DNA of 62,686 nucleotides, filler included. It is 4 parts of 4 records of this genome, joined end to end, with 100 filler letters (N's around TTAATTAATTAA, not from the genome) between each part and the next. Parts side by side here need not be neighbours in the genome. Positions count along the whole stretch, not along the records: positions 15,065 to 33,167 come from SRR31156797_669; positions 33,268 to 57,480 come from SRR31156797_671; 2 more parts are not named here. One strand, given 5' to 3'. A program made the position numbers and the translations under genes. This document shows, piece by piece, positions 30,088 to 40,111 of the stretch. Below the pieces are notes generated by a model that was not told where the DNA came from, searched no databases, and was given only the letters and a program-made list of their open reading frames with translations. Each line of letters begins with the position of its first letter. The stretch's first letter is position 1.

Positions 30088-30663
30088 ATGAGAATAAAGT
30101 TAAATATTGCTGATATATTAAGAGATTCTCAAGTTGGAGGACCGGGACTAAGAGATTTGATCTGGTTGCAAGGGTGTTCTATCAGGTGTAAAGGTTGCTT
30201 TAATAAGGAACTATGGTCATACAAACCCAATCATATTATCGATGTCGATAAATTAATTTCAAAATTTGAATCTAGAGTTGGAGAAATTGAAGGAGTGACT
30301 ATACTTGGGGGTGAGCCTACGGAACAAGCATTTGGGTTGACACATTTTTTTAAAGGGATTAAGCAAATTGGTTTAACAACGGTTTTATATACAGGTAGAA
30401 CTTTTCAGTGGCATAAAGACAAGAATGATAAGTGGGTAAATGAACTACTTTTGAATACAGATATTTTAATCGATGGAGCATTTATAAGTGAATTCTATGA
30501 TTCAAACCTGCTTTGGCGTGGATCTACAAATCAGAATATCCTTTTTTTAAGCTCAAGTTATGACAAAAGCATTTTAAATAAATACAAGAGTGTTCAAAAT
30601 GAAGAAATCCACATCTTTGTTGAAAATGAAAATGAAAAAAGATTTATAACGGGTATTAGTTGA
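30088..30663 (+). CDS. NrdG-like radical SAM protein (single 4Fe-4S cluster)
   Basis: GPGLR..IWLQGCSIRCKGCFN, GVTILGGEP, YTG, DILIDG, WRGSTNQ. Confidence 0.92.
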   Translation: MRIKLNIADILRDSQVGGPGLRDLIWLQGCSIRCKGCFNKELWSYKPNHIIDVDKLISKFESRVGEIEGVTILGGEPTEQAFGLTHFFKGIKQIGLTTVLYTGRTFQWHKDKNDKWVNELLLNTDILIDGAFISEFYDSNLLWRGSTNQNILFLSSSYDKSILNKYKSVQNEEIHIFVENENEKRFITGIS

Positions 30664-30678
30664 TTTATATCTTGTTCT

Positions 30679-31755
30679 TTATCTAACGATTCTCTTATTC
30701 AGTATTTTTAACTGGGGTAGCGTCATCACGAAGATTGCGATTTGGTAGGAATGTAGTTTTGCAATCCAATTTGGAAATACAAAAAATCCTAGAACTATGG
30801 CAAAGTCAATACCAAGAATTGCATTTCCAAGGCCTATAATTATCGCATAAATTAAAAAGCAAATAACTGTATATGGTAGCATTAAAGTGAGCATTATAAA
30901 AAAAACCAGGATATTATAAAACTTTACAATAAACTTTTCCTTTTCACTTTTATAGAATTTTTGAATGAATTCCACACTCAAGGTTATACTTAAGATAAGG
31001 TAAATTCCAAATACGTAATATGGTATTTGATCTTTATGATTTAACAGATAATTTTTGGCACTGTTTATATGCTCAATGATATTTTGAGTAAACAAAAAAT
31101 CTATTTTAGGAAAGACAACGAATAAAAGTACAATAATCGCGATCGAAAATGCCTGTGTATTAAATACTTCTCTCTTAAACCGTTTAGTATTTGCAAGCTT
31201 TTTTGAAACCTTAATAATTGTTTTTATAAGTTCAAATATTGAATAGTTGTTCTTTTCTATTTCAGGAATCTTTCGCCTAATTTTTTTGTATAAATCAGCG
31301 ACCTTAATATGAATACCAATTCCAACAATTAGACCACTTAAAATTAAAGGAGGAAGTAACTGTTTTTGTACATAGAACATTATGTAAAGTGGCAAAATCA
31401 TCAGGTAAAATATAATTGTACCCTTTATATTCTTTTTGAAAGATTTATAGTTCATAAAGAAGAAGCCTACCAGTGAAAGAAAGGAAATTACATATGAGGT
31501 AATTCCTTTCAGTTTGAATTCAACCCAAAACAATATTAAAGTTGATATTATTATGAATAAAGCGATTATAAGATATCCTAACATATCATTAAATACAGAC
31601 TTATTCTTCCCAACCCCTTTATTAAATTCTTTAATTTTTTTTAATACTGTTTTGGAGTTCTGCTTAAAAATGTCGGTCCTATAATAAAAGAGCATTAGCA
31701 ATAGAAATGATAATATTAACAGAATGATCACTGAGTTGTACAGATATTCAGTCAT
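30679..31755 (-). CDS. Multi-pass membrane protein of unknown function
   Basis: 358-aa ORF with many hydrophobic segments, downstream of the integrase. Confidence 0.65.
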   Translation of the reverse strand: MTEYLYNSVIILLILSFLLLMLFYYRTDIFKQNSKTVLKKIKEFNKGVGKNKSVFNDMLGYLIIALFIIISTLILFWVEFKLKGITSYVISFLSLVGFFFMNYKSFKKNIKGTIIFYLMILPLYIMFYVQKQLLPPLILSGLIVGIGIHIKVADLYKKIRRKIPEIEKNNYSIFELIKTIIKVSKKLANTKRFKREVFNTQAFSIAIIVLLFVVFPKIDFLFTQNIIEHINSAKNYLLNHKDQIPYYVFGIYLILSITLSVEFIQKFYKSEKEKFIVKFYNILVFFIMLTLMLPYTVICFLIYAIIIGLGNAILGIDFAIVLGFFVFPNWIAKLHSYQIAIFVMTLPQLKILNKRIVR

Positions 31756-31851
31756 ATTTATAGTCTTTTAGATTTAAATAAATTTAATAAAAATCTTCCT
31801 AATAGATTAATTAATATTTCCTGTCTTCTTTTTAAGCTGGAAGTGCTACAG

Positions 31852-33075
31852 TTAATGAGATGATTTCAATTTGGACTGTAATTGATCCATATCCTCAGAT
31901 ATTTTATGATCCAGAATCTTGGCATAAATTTGAGTTGTCTTCAATGAAGTATGTCCCAGTATTTTTGAAACGGTTTCAATAGGAACGCCATTACCTAATG
32001 TTACCGAAGTTGCAAAAGTATGCCTGGCAATATGCATGGTGATGCTTTTATTGATATTGCAGATATCACCTAATTCTTTAAGATAACTATTCATTTTTTG
32101 GTTAGTCAGGACGGGAAGGAGCAGTCCTTTAAATTGATTCTTAGGATAATCTTTGTATTTCTGAAGTATCTCTTTTGCTTTGGGCAGAATAGGTATCCGG
32201 CATCGGTTATTTGTTTTATTCCGGTCAATAATGATCCATTCTTTTTTGTCAGCCCCTTTTCTGATATGACTTTTGTTCAACTTTGAAATATCCGAATAGG
32301 ATAATCCGGTATAGCAAGCAAATACAAAAATATCCCGTACTGCAGCTAGCCTTTCAATTGGGATTTCTTTGTATTCAATCCGCTTAAGTTCTTCCATGGT
32401 CAGGAATTCCCTGTGGGTTTCTTTCAACCCAACTTTGTATTTATTGTATGGGTTTTTTTGAATATGTTCCATCGAAATCGCCAGATTTAGGACCCTGCGT
32501 AAATGTTTGTGGTAGTTCCAGGCGGTGTTCTGGTGATTACCAAATTCCTGTTTTAAATATACATCAAACGAATCCAGAAATTTGTAGCTAATTGATTCAA
32601 CCGGGTAATCTGCTCTTCTATACTTGTGATCAATAAATGAAGCCAGTCTTTTTCTCGAAGATTTATAATGTTTATAGGTTTCCATGGAATATCCTTTATT
32701 GAGTTTGGCAAGGATACTATCAAGATAGTAATCAAATATTTCAATGATGCCTTTGGAATTTGACAACTGCAATAAATGATTTTTGATGGTTTTAGCGGAA
32801 AAATCATCTCCATTCGAACGGAGCAGATTGTAATAATCCTGAATCTCTGTTCTTAACCTGTCAAGCCTCTGGTTTATTGCATATGCACCAGGAGCTTTGT
32901 CCTTTACTCTTTGGGCTGGTTCGTTCCAGTGTTTGGGATTAATAAAAATCCCAGTTGATAGGTTTACTCTTTTTGATTTAACCGTGAACCTTACGTAGAT
33001 AGGCATTTGACCATCTCCATTTACCCTGTCTTTTCTTGGGTAAAAAATGATAATTACTCTCATAATTACTTTCAA
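31852..33075 (-). CDS. Bacteroidota-type site-specific tyrosine integrase
   Basis: Arm-binding N-terminus (PIYVRFTV..STGI), YTGLSYSD, HIARHTFAT, LGH, TQIY. Confidence 0.95.
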   Translation of the reverse strand: MKVIMRVIIIFYPRKDRVNGDGQMPIYVRFTVKSKRVNLSTGIFINPKHWNEPAQRVKDKAPGAYAINQRLDRLRTEIQDYYNLLRSNGDDFSAKTIKNHLLQLSNSKGIIEIFDYYLDSILAKLNKGYSMETYKHYKSSRKRLASFIDHKYRRADYPVESISYKFLDSFDVYLKQEFGNHQNTAWNYHKHLRRVLNLAISMEHIQKNPYNKYKVGLKETHREFLTMEELKRIEYKEIPIERLAAVRDIFVFACYTGLSYSDISKLNKSHIRKGADKKEWIIIDRNKTNNRCRIPILPKAKEILQKYKDYPKNQFKGLLLPVLTNQKMNSYLKELGDICNINKSITMHIARHTFATSVTLGNGVPIETVSKILGHTSLKTTQIYAKILDHKISEDMDQLQSKLKSSH

Positions 33076-33167
33076 TTTTAATAATAAATGAATGGTTCCG
33101 GTTGATGCTTAAAATTACCGTTTAAAGATCAAAATGGAAACAGCAAATGGCATCAAAATGAACCAAA

Positions 33168-33267
33168 NNNNNNNNNNNNNNNNNNNNNNNNNNNNNNNNN
33201 NNNNNNNNNNNTTAATTAATTAANNNNNNNNNNNNNNNNNNNNNNNNNNNNNNNNNNNNNNNNNNNN
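33168..33267. other. Artificial contig spacer
   Basis: N-run with TTAATTAATTAA linker. Confidence 0.99.
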
Positions 33268-33268
33268 T

Positions 33269-33643
33269 GATCTTGCTTATTCTTTATCTTTAAATTTTCT
33301 TGAGAAAGATAAATATACATATCAGATTAAAACTGTTGGTCTAGAAAAAGAATTAAAAGCAAATGGCGCATTCGTCGTAAGAGATAATAATCTTGAATCA
33401 AAGAACTTGGAGGCAAATGGGAAATTATTAAAACAAATTTCTAAAAGTTCCAATGGTGAGTATTTTACATTGCCTAATTTGAAGAAATTAAAAAAAATTC
33501 TATTATTCGAAAAAAGAACTAAACCTACAATTACAGTAGAAGTAAGTTACGGCTATGCTGTTGATTTATTATATTTATTAAGTTTTATTGTCATAATAAT
33601 GATTTTGGAATGGTTTTTGAGAAAATACTGGTTAGGAAACTAA
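33269..33643 (+). CDS. C-terminal fragment of a membrane protein (probably vWA-associated; 5' truncated)
   Basis: Frame open from the contig start; LLKQISKSSNGEYF and terminal TM + LEWFLRKYW. Confidence 0.6.
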   Translation, partial: DLAYSLSLNFLEKDKYTYQIKTVGLEKELKANGAFVVRDNNLESKNLEANGKLLKQISKSSNGEYFTLPNLKKLKKILLFEKRTKPTITVEVSYGYAVDLLYLLSFIVIIMILEWFLRKYWLGN

Positions 33644-33669
33644 TCCAATCTAAAGAATATAACTGCCAA

Positions 33670-34737
33670 ATGACAAACTTTTTTAATCACAAAAGCAAAA
33701 TATTGTGGAGATATTACTGTGTAATATTTTCTCTGTTTTTATTATCATCCTGCAAAACTACGGCATTGTATCAGTTTGAAGCTTTAAGAGCACCTGATAT
33801 TATTATACCACCCGATGTAAAAACTTATGGTTTTGTCGACCGAAACACAAATTTTGATATTGATACATTAGGGGAATATTTTAAACTTAACACATTAAAC
33901 TATTTTGATTCTACAAATTATGATAGAATAAAAGCAGAAAATTGTCATTTAGGTCTATCTGAAAATTTATCAGAATATTTGGAAGTTGATACAATCCCGT
34001 TTATACAATTACCTTCTAAATATATTGTAGGGGATAGGAATTTTGAACCAATGTCATGGGCACAAGTTGATAGTGTTTGTGAATTAACAGGTTCAGATGT
34101 GTTAATATGTCTGGAAGATATTCAAATTTTTAATAATTACGAAGTTATAGAAGAAGAGGAGTATTGGGGAATTACAGATATAAATTATTACTCGATTTGG
34201 CGAATTTATGATCCATTGGTAAAGAAACATCATGATGAACGTATAATCACGGATAGTTTATTTACGGAAGTGAATTCTATGTCGCGCAAAATTCTTGTGG
34301 AAGAGAAATTGCCAAGAAGATTAACGTTAATGTCGGAAGTTTCGTATGAAATTGGTAGACAATATGCTGAGTTGATTTCTCCGACCTGGAATAACATTTC
34401 CAGAAAGTACTTTAGTGTAGGAGATAAGGATTTTGGTTTGGCTCGATATTATCTTGAAAATGATAATTTAGAGCAATCTATGTTGCTTTGGGAGAAATTA
34501 TCAAAATCTGACAAAGTTAAAATTGCCGGAAGAGCTGCCTACAATATGGCAATGGGATATGAATTAAAAGAAGAATTTTCAAAAGCTAATCATTGGATGA
34601 GAAAATCAATTAATTTTTATCGTAAGTTGAAGAAAAAACCATCTGAATATAAAATTGTAAAAGAGTATTACAAATTGTTAACAGAACGAACACAAAATAA
34701 CTTCAGATTGGATAAGTTCTTTGGTAAAGAGAAATAA
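33670..34737 (+). CDS. Lipoprotein with TPR-like C-terminus (DUF6340-like)
   Basis: Lipobox LLSSC; GRAAYNMAMGYE TPR; start moved to ATG 33670. Confidence 0.7.
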   Translation: MTNFFNHKSKILWRYYCVIFSLFLLSSCKTTALYQFEALRAPDIIIPPDVKTYGFVDRNTNFDIDTLGEYFKLNTLNYFDSTNYDRIKAENCHLGLSENLSEYLEVDTIPFIQLPSKYIVGDRNFEPMSWAQVDSVCELTGSDVLICLEDIQIFNNYEVIEEEEYWGITDINYYSIWRIYDPLVKKHHDERIITDSLFTEVNSMSRKILVEEKLPRRLTLMSEVSYEIGRQYAELISPTWNNISRKYFSVGDKDFGLARYYLENDNLEQSMLLWEKLSKSDKVKIAGRAAYNMAMGYELKEEFSKANHWMRKSINFYRKLKKKPSEYKIVKEYYKLLTERTQNNFRLDKFFGKEK

Positions 34738-34753
34738 AAACAATAAAAATATT

Positions 34754-34786
34754 ACCCCTAAAGGATTATTCTTTTAGGGGTTTTTT
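34754..34786 (+). terminator. Rho-independent terminator
   Basis: ACCCCTAAAGGA/TCTTTTAGGGGT stem plus T-run. Confidence 0.75.
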
Positions 34787-34817
34787 AATTTTGTTGATTC
34801 ATTAAAAAAATATATCA

Positions 34818-36062
34818 ATGACAACAACAGTTATACTATATGTAATTTTGGGTATTCTTGCATTTGATTTTTTCTTAGAAAGGATTTTGGATGTTTTAAA
34901 TCTTAGAAATTGGACGCCAGAATTACCAAAAGTTTTAAAAGGTATATATGATCAGGAGAAATATAAAAGATCCCAAGATTACCAACGTGAAAAATACAAA
35001 CTGAGTTTTTTATCATCAAGTTTGAGCTTTGTAGGGAGTTTTTTAATGATTGTTTTAGGTGGTTTTGCCTGGGTTGATGAGCTGGTAAGACAATTTACAG
35101 ATCATCCAATTTTAATTGCACTATTGTTTTTTGGTGTAATTATGCTTGCTTCAAGTATTATTGGAATGCCCTTTACTTATTATTCCACCTTTGTGATTGA
35201 AGAAAAGTATGGTTTTAATAGAACCACCATTAAAACTTTCATTTTAGATAGAATTAAAGGCGGTATTTTAGGAATAATAATTGGCGGAGGTATATTGGCA
35301 TTATTGATATGGATATATTTGCAAACAACAAATAATTTTTGGTGGATGGCGTGGTCTGTTCTTGCAGGTTTTATGATTTTCATGACCATGTTTTACTCTT
35401 CGGTGATTGTACCCTTATTTAATAAGCAAACGCCTTTGGATGATGGAGAATTAAAATCGGCAATAGAAGAATTTGCTAGCAATGCTGATTTTAAACTGGA
35501 CAATGTTTTTGTAATGGATGGATCAAAGAGATCATCTAAAGGAAATGCCTATTTTAGTGGATTAGGAGCTAAAAAGAGAATTGTTTTATTTGATACCTTA
35601 ATTAATGAACTCACAACAGAAGAAATTGTAGCGGTTTTGGCTCATGAGATTGGTCATTATCAGAAAAAACATACTTTAAGTGGAATCGCTTTATCCTTGC
35701 TGCAAACCGGTTTAATGTTTTATATTTTTTCCATTTTCATTGGTAATCCTGCTTTATCAGAAGCATTAGGATCCAAAGTGCATGGTTTTCATTTGGGTTT
35801 AATTGCCTTTGGCATATTATACTCTCCAATTTCAACAATTTTAGGATTGATTATGAATGTTTGGTCGAGACATAATGAATATCAAGCCGATGAATTTGCT
35901 GATGAGAATTACAATGGAAAAGCATTGGGGGATGCATTAATAAAATTGTCAATTAGTTCATTAAGTAATTTAACACCGCACAAAGCATACGTTTTCTTTT
36001 ATTATTCACACCCAACACTATTACAACGATTAAAAGCAATTAATTATAAAAAAGAATCCTAA
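34818..36062 (+). CDS. M48 family (Ste24-like) zinc metallopeptidase
   Basis: HEIGH, NAYFSG, EYQAD, SHP motifs; multi-TM. Confidence 0.95.
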   Translation: MTTTVILYVILGILAFDFFLERILDVLNLRNWTPELPKVLKGIYDQEKYKRSQDYQREKYKLSFLSSSLSFVGSFLMIVLGGFAWVDELVRQFTDHPILIALLFFGVIMLASSIIGMPFTYYSTFVIEEKYGFNRTTIKTFILDRIKGGILGIIIGGGILALLIWIYLQTTNNFWWMAWSVLAGFMIFMTMFYSSVIVPLFNKQTPLDDGELKSAIEEFASNADFKLDNVFVMDGSKRSSKGNAYFSGLGAKKRIVLFDTLINELTTEEIVAVLAHEIGHYQKKHTLSGIALSLLQTGLMFYIFSIFIGNPALSEALGSKVHGFHLGLIAFGILYSPISTILGLIMNVWSRHNEYQADEFADENYNGKALGDALIKLSISSLSNLTPHKAYVFFYYSHPTLLQRLKAINYKKES

Positions 36063-36095
36063 ATATTTAGTTTTATTATTAGAAATTCAAGTATC

Positions 36096-37334
36096 ATGCA
36101 AGCAGAAATAATAACCATTGGCGATGAGATCCTAATTGGACAAGTCGTAGACACCAATTCAGCATGGATGGCAAAAGAACTGAATAAAATTGGTATCGAT
36201 GTTTCCAGAATCAATAGTATTTCAGATCAAAAAAATGATATTATTAATTCCTTAGAAGAATCATTTAAGAGAGTTTCATTGGTATTAATGACAGGAGGGT
36301 TGGGACCAACCAATGATGATATCACGAAAAAGACATTGAGTGACTATTTTGGGATGAAATTGGTGCAAGATGATAAGTTGTACCTAAAAATTCAGGAACG
36401 ATTGTCGCGTTATGGTATTCCAATGAATCATTTTAATGTGGAACAGGCTCTTGTTCCTGATCAAGCCAGAATTATTGATAATAATTTTGGTTCGGCACCA
36501 TGCATGTGGTTCGAACGTGATGGTAAAGTAGTTATATCAATGCCAGGCGTACCTTTCGAAATGAAAGGAATTATGGAGAATGGTGTTCTAAATGCTTTAC
36601 GAGCGTACTATTCAACTCCAGCAATTATTCATAGAACTATTATGACTCAAGGGATTGGTGAATCCCTATTAGCTGAAATGTTAGAAGATTGGGAGGGAAA
36701 TCTTCCAAAAGGAATGAAATTGGCATATTTACCATCTCCAGGACAAGTTCGATTGCGATTAAGCATTACAGGTGAAAACAAAGAAGATTTGGAGCTTGCA
36801 ATCAATAATCAGGTTGGTTTATTGGAGAAAATCATTCCTGAAAATATTTTTGGATTTGATGATACTCCAATGGAGGTAAGTGTTGCCAAACTTCTAAAAG
36901 AAAAAGGTTTGACAATGGGTACAGCTGAAAGTTGCACAGGTGGCTATATTGCTCATTTGATAACTTCACATCCTGGTAGTTCAGAGTATTTTAAGGGAAG
37001 CATAGTGTCTTATTCAAATGAGATTAAGGAAAACCTTCTTAAAGTTAATTTGGATGATTTAGAAAAATTAGGAGCTGTAAGCCAACAAGTAGTTGAACAA
37101 ATGGCTGAAGGAGCAAGAAAAGTTCTAAATGTTGATTATGCAATTGCTACTTCAGGTATCGCAGGACCCGATGGAGGAACTGAGGAAAAACCAGTTGGAA
37201 CAGTTTGGATTGCTCTTGCTTCTAAATCCGAAGTAATCTCGCAAAAATTATCACTTTACAAAGTAAGAGAACGTAACATTCGTGTTGCCGCAATAAAAGC
37301 ACTTAATCTTCTTTTGACAGAGTTAAAAGAATAA
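36096..37334 (+). CDS. cinA: Competence/damage-inducible protein A (NMN deamidase fusion)
   Basis: GDEILIGQVVDTN, GGLGPTNDDIT, AESCTGG, SGIAGPDGG. Confidence 0.95.
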   Translation: MQAEIITIGDEILIGQVVDTNSAWMAKELNKIGIDVSRINSISDQKNDIINSLEESFKRVSLVLMTGGLGPTNDDITKKTLSDYFGMKLVQDDKLYLKIQERLSRYGIPMNHFNVEQALVPDQARIIDNNFGSAPCMWFERDGKVVISMPGVPFEMKGIMENGVLNALRAYYSTPAIIHRTIMTQGIGESLLAEMLEDWEGNLPKGMKLAYLPSPGQVRLRLSITGENKEDLELAINNQVGLLEKIIPENIFGFDDTPMEVSVAKLLKEKGLTMGTAESCTGGYIAHLITSHPGSSEYFKGSIVSYSNEIKENLLKVNLDDLEKLGAVSQQVVEQMAEGARKVLNVDYAIATSGIAGPDGGTEEKPVGTVWIALASKSEVISQKLSLYKVRERNIRVAAIKALNLLLTELKE

Positions 37335-37360
37335 GAAAATACAATTCACTCATACCAGAT

Positions 37361-37390
37361 AAAAGCTTTCCATTTATGGAGAGCTTTTTT
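37361..37390 (+). terminator. Rho-independent terminator
   Basis: AAAAGCTTTCCA/TGGAGAGCTTTTTT hairpin. Confidence 0.75.
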
Positions 37391-37586
37391 ATTTTACCTT
37401 AAGTTAGCATATATTATATAAAATAACTATTGCTTTTTTATTTATAATAGACTAAATTTCAGTTAGTAATCGATATTGTATTTGTAAAATATAGATTTAA
37501 ATTCTAATCTCACACATGTAGATATTTGGATATATAGAAAAAACAATATAGATTTAACCTGAAATCAAAAAAAAGAATCAAAAAAC

Positions 37587-38921
37587 ATGCGAAACATTAC
37601 CTATCTAATTATCAGTATTCTGCTTGTAATGAATCCCATATTCATTAAGGCTCAGCAATCAGAATTGAAATTAAGTTTGAAAGATGCATTGCTTAAAGCA
37701 TCGGAAAATAATAGGCAAATAAATAAAGCTAAAGAGGAAGGAAGAGTAGCTAAAGCTGAGTATAGACATAGCAATTCTGTTTTTTTGCCTAATGTTAATT
37801 TATCACATACCGCTGTAACTACAAATGATCCTTTAACTGTTTTCGGATTTAAATTGAAGCAGGAGATAACAACTCAGGCTGATTTTAATCCTGTCTTATT
37901 AAACGATCCTGATCGTATCGAAAATTACAATACTAAAATTGCTGTTGAGCAACCATTAATCAACTTAGATGGGATTTATGGAAGGAAGGCTGCAAAAGCA
38001 AAAAGACAAGCCGTTGATTTTACTACAGAACGCACAATATACTTCACCAATTTCGAAGTTAAAAAAGCATACTATCAGTTGGAATTGGCGCAAGAAGCTG
38101 TAAAAGTCTATGAAAAATCGTTGGAAACTGCACAGTCTGCCTTGGAACTTACTCAAAATAATTTGAAACAAGGATATGTGAAAGATGCAGATGTTTTGGC
38201 AGCCAAAGTCAGGGTTTTGGAAATAAATACTCAGTTAGCCGATGCCGAGAATAATAGAAAGCAAGCTGGTGAATTCTTAGCTTATTTGTTGGGAATTGAT
38301 ATTCAAACGTCGATTGTTACACTTGATAAATTAGAAAGAAAACCTTCGATACTTCAGAGTCTTAATAATAACCAGAATGAAGGAGTTCGTTCCGATTTAA
38401 TGGCATACAAAAAAGGAATGGAGGCAAGAGAAAACATGTTGAAATCTGAAAAGATGAGATTTCTTCCTCGATTAAACGCATTTGGAGCTTATGAATGGAA
38501 TGATGATCAGCTATTGGGAACATCCGCCAATAATTACATGATTGGTGCCAGCCTTTCCTGGAATTTGTTCAGTGGATATAAAAATGCTGGAAAAGTACAA
38601 AAAGCAAGAGCCGAATTAAAAATTGCTGAATTAGATCTAGTCGATTACGAATCTAGAAATAGCATGGAAATAAAAGGAGCGAAGCGTAATTTGAAAGTTG
38701 CCTTCGATAGAATAGGACTGAGCCAATTGGCTAAAGAACAAGCCGAAGAAGCTTTTAGAATTCGAAATGATCGTTACAAACAAGGTTTGGAGAGAACTAC
38801 CGATGTTCTTCAGGCTGAATCAGCTTCGTTGCTTAAAAATCTGGAATATATTAGTGCTCTATACAAATATCATGTGTCGGTATTTCAATTAGAACTGTTA
38901 CTAGAAAAAGATCTACAATAA
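37587..38921 (+). CDS. TolC-family outer membrane efflux protein
   Basis: Signal peptide, duplicated OEP pattern, first gene of an RND operon. Confidence 0.92.
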   Translation: MRNITYLIISILLVMNPIFIKAQQSELKLSLKDALLKASENNRQINKAKEEGRVAKAEYRHSNSVFLPNVNLSHTAVTTNDPLTVFGFKLKQEITTQADFNPVLLNDPDRIENYNTKIAVEQPLINLDGIYGRKAAKAKRQAVDFTTERTIYFTNFEVKKAYYQLELAQEAVKVYEKSLETAQSALELTQNNLKQGYVKDADVLAAKVRVLEINTQLADAENNRKQAGEFLAYLLGIDIQTSIVTLDKLERKPSILQSLNNNQNEGVRSDLMAYKKGMEARENMLKSEKMRFLPRLNAFGAYEWNDDQLLGTSANNYMIGASLSWNLFSGYKNAGKVQKARAELKIAELDLVDYESRNSMEIKGAKRNLKVAFDRIGLSQLAKEQAEEAFRIRNDRYKQGLERTTDVLQAESASLLKNLEYISALYKYHVSVFQLELLLEKDLQ

Positions 38922-38950
38922 TAAAACTAATCTCAAAAGAACTTACAGAT

Positions 38951-40036
38951 ATGAAATCTAACAAATATTTAATCATAGCAATTGTGGCAATTCTTGCTGT
39001 TGGCTTCCAATCGTGTGGAGAGAAGTCTAATGCCAATGGAAATGCTAAGGCTGATCTTACTGTATCGGTTGCAACTGTTAAAATGGAAAACCAACCTGAA
39101 ATTTTGAGTTTCTCAGGTAAAATTGAAGCTGAAACACATTCAAATTTAAGTACCCGAATTATGGGGCAGATTGCAAAGATTTATGTGGAGCCTGGTCAAA
39201 AGGTAAATAAAGGACAGCTATTGGTTCAGATTCAGGATAAGGATATTCAGGCAAAAAAGTTACAAGTAAAAGCCAATATGCTGAAAGCTGAAGCAGCTTA
39301 CAAGAATGCAAAGAAAGACTTCGATCGTTTTACTGTTTTGTTCAAGCAGAAAAGTGCTTCTCAAAAGGAAATGGATGATGTAAGTACCAATTACAATATG
39401 GCAAAAGCCGAATTGGAAGCGGTAAAGCAAATGGAGGTAGAGGTTGACGAAATGCTAAGTTATGCGGGAATTAAAGCGCCATACAGTGGTATTATCACTA
39501 GAAAATATATGAATGATGGTGATTTAGCATCTCCAGGTATACCTTTAATAGCTATTGAAAAACCTGGCGAATACAAAGTTATAGCCAGAATACCTGAAAC
39601 CGAAATTTCTAAGGTTGAAAAGAATGATGCTGTGAAAGTGAAAATTAGCGCATTAAACAATATTGAAATTGATGGTGTGATTACTGAGGTAAATCCTTCC
39701 GCTTTGTATACAGGAAATCAGTTTGAGGCTAAAATCGTTTTACATCCGATCAAGGAACAAAAAACGAAATTGTTTAGTGGTATGTATGCAAACGTAATGC
39801 TTAAAAAGGGTGGAATGCCAAGCATCATGATTCCTAAAGAAGTTTTGGTGAGAAAAGGGCAATTAACAGGATTGTATACTGTAAGTCACACAGGTACAGC
39901 AATGCTTCGTTGGATTCGTACTGGAAAATCTACTGATAGTATGGTTGAAGTACTATCGGGTTTAAGTGATGGAGAACAATACATCGTTTCCCATAAAGGG
40001 AAAATTTGGGATGGTGCGAGTGTAGTTATAAAGTAA
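38951..40036 (+). CDS. RND efflux periplasmic adaptor
   Basis: Lipobox FQSC, lipoyl-like GQKVNKGQLL, IKAPYSGII. Confidence 0.93.
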   Translation: MKSNKYLIIAIVAILAVGFQSCGEKSNANGNAKADLTVSVATVKMENQPEILSFSGKIEAETHSNLSTRIMGQIAKIYVEPGQKVNKGQLLVQIQDKDIQAKKLQVKANMLKAEAAYKNAKKDFDRFTVLFKQKSASQKEMDDVSTNYNMAKAELEAVKQMEVEVDEMLSYAGIKAPYSGIITRKYMNDGDLASPGIPLIAIEKPGEYKVIARIPETEISKVEKNDAVKVKISALNNIEIDGVITEVNPSALYTGNQFEAKIVLHPIKEQKTKLFSGMYANVMLKKGGMPSIMIPKEVLVRKGQLTGLYTVSHTGTAMLRWIRTGKSTDSMVEVLSGLSDGEQYIVSHKGKIWDGASVVIK

Positions 40037-40111
40037 AGACAATTGACTTTCGGTAGAATAATGATCCGAATTTGAATTGATCTCTTTATGAATTCCTAAA
40101 AACAAAAATAG

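Noticed and set aside
31852-33075. Integrase has Ser instead of the first catalytic Arg (YTGLSYSD), suggesting inactivation
   Set aside because: This substitution is known in active Bacteroidota integrases such as IntDOT; the other catalytic residues are intact
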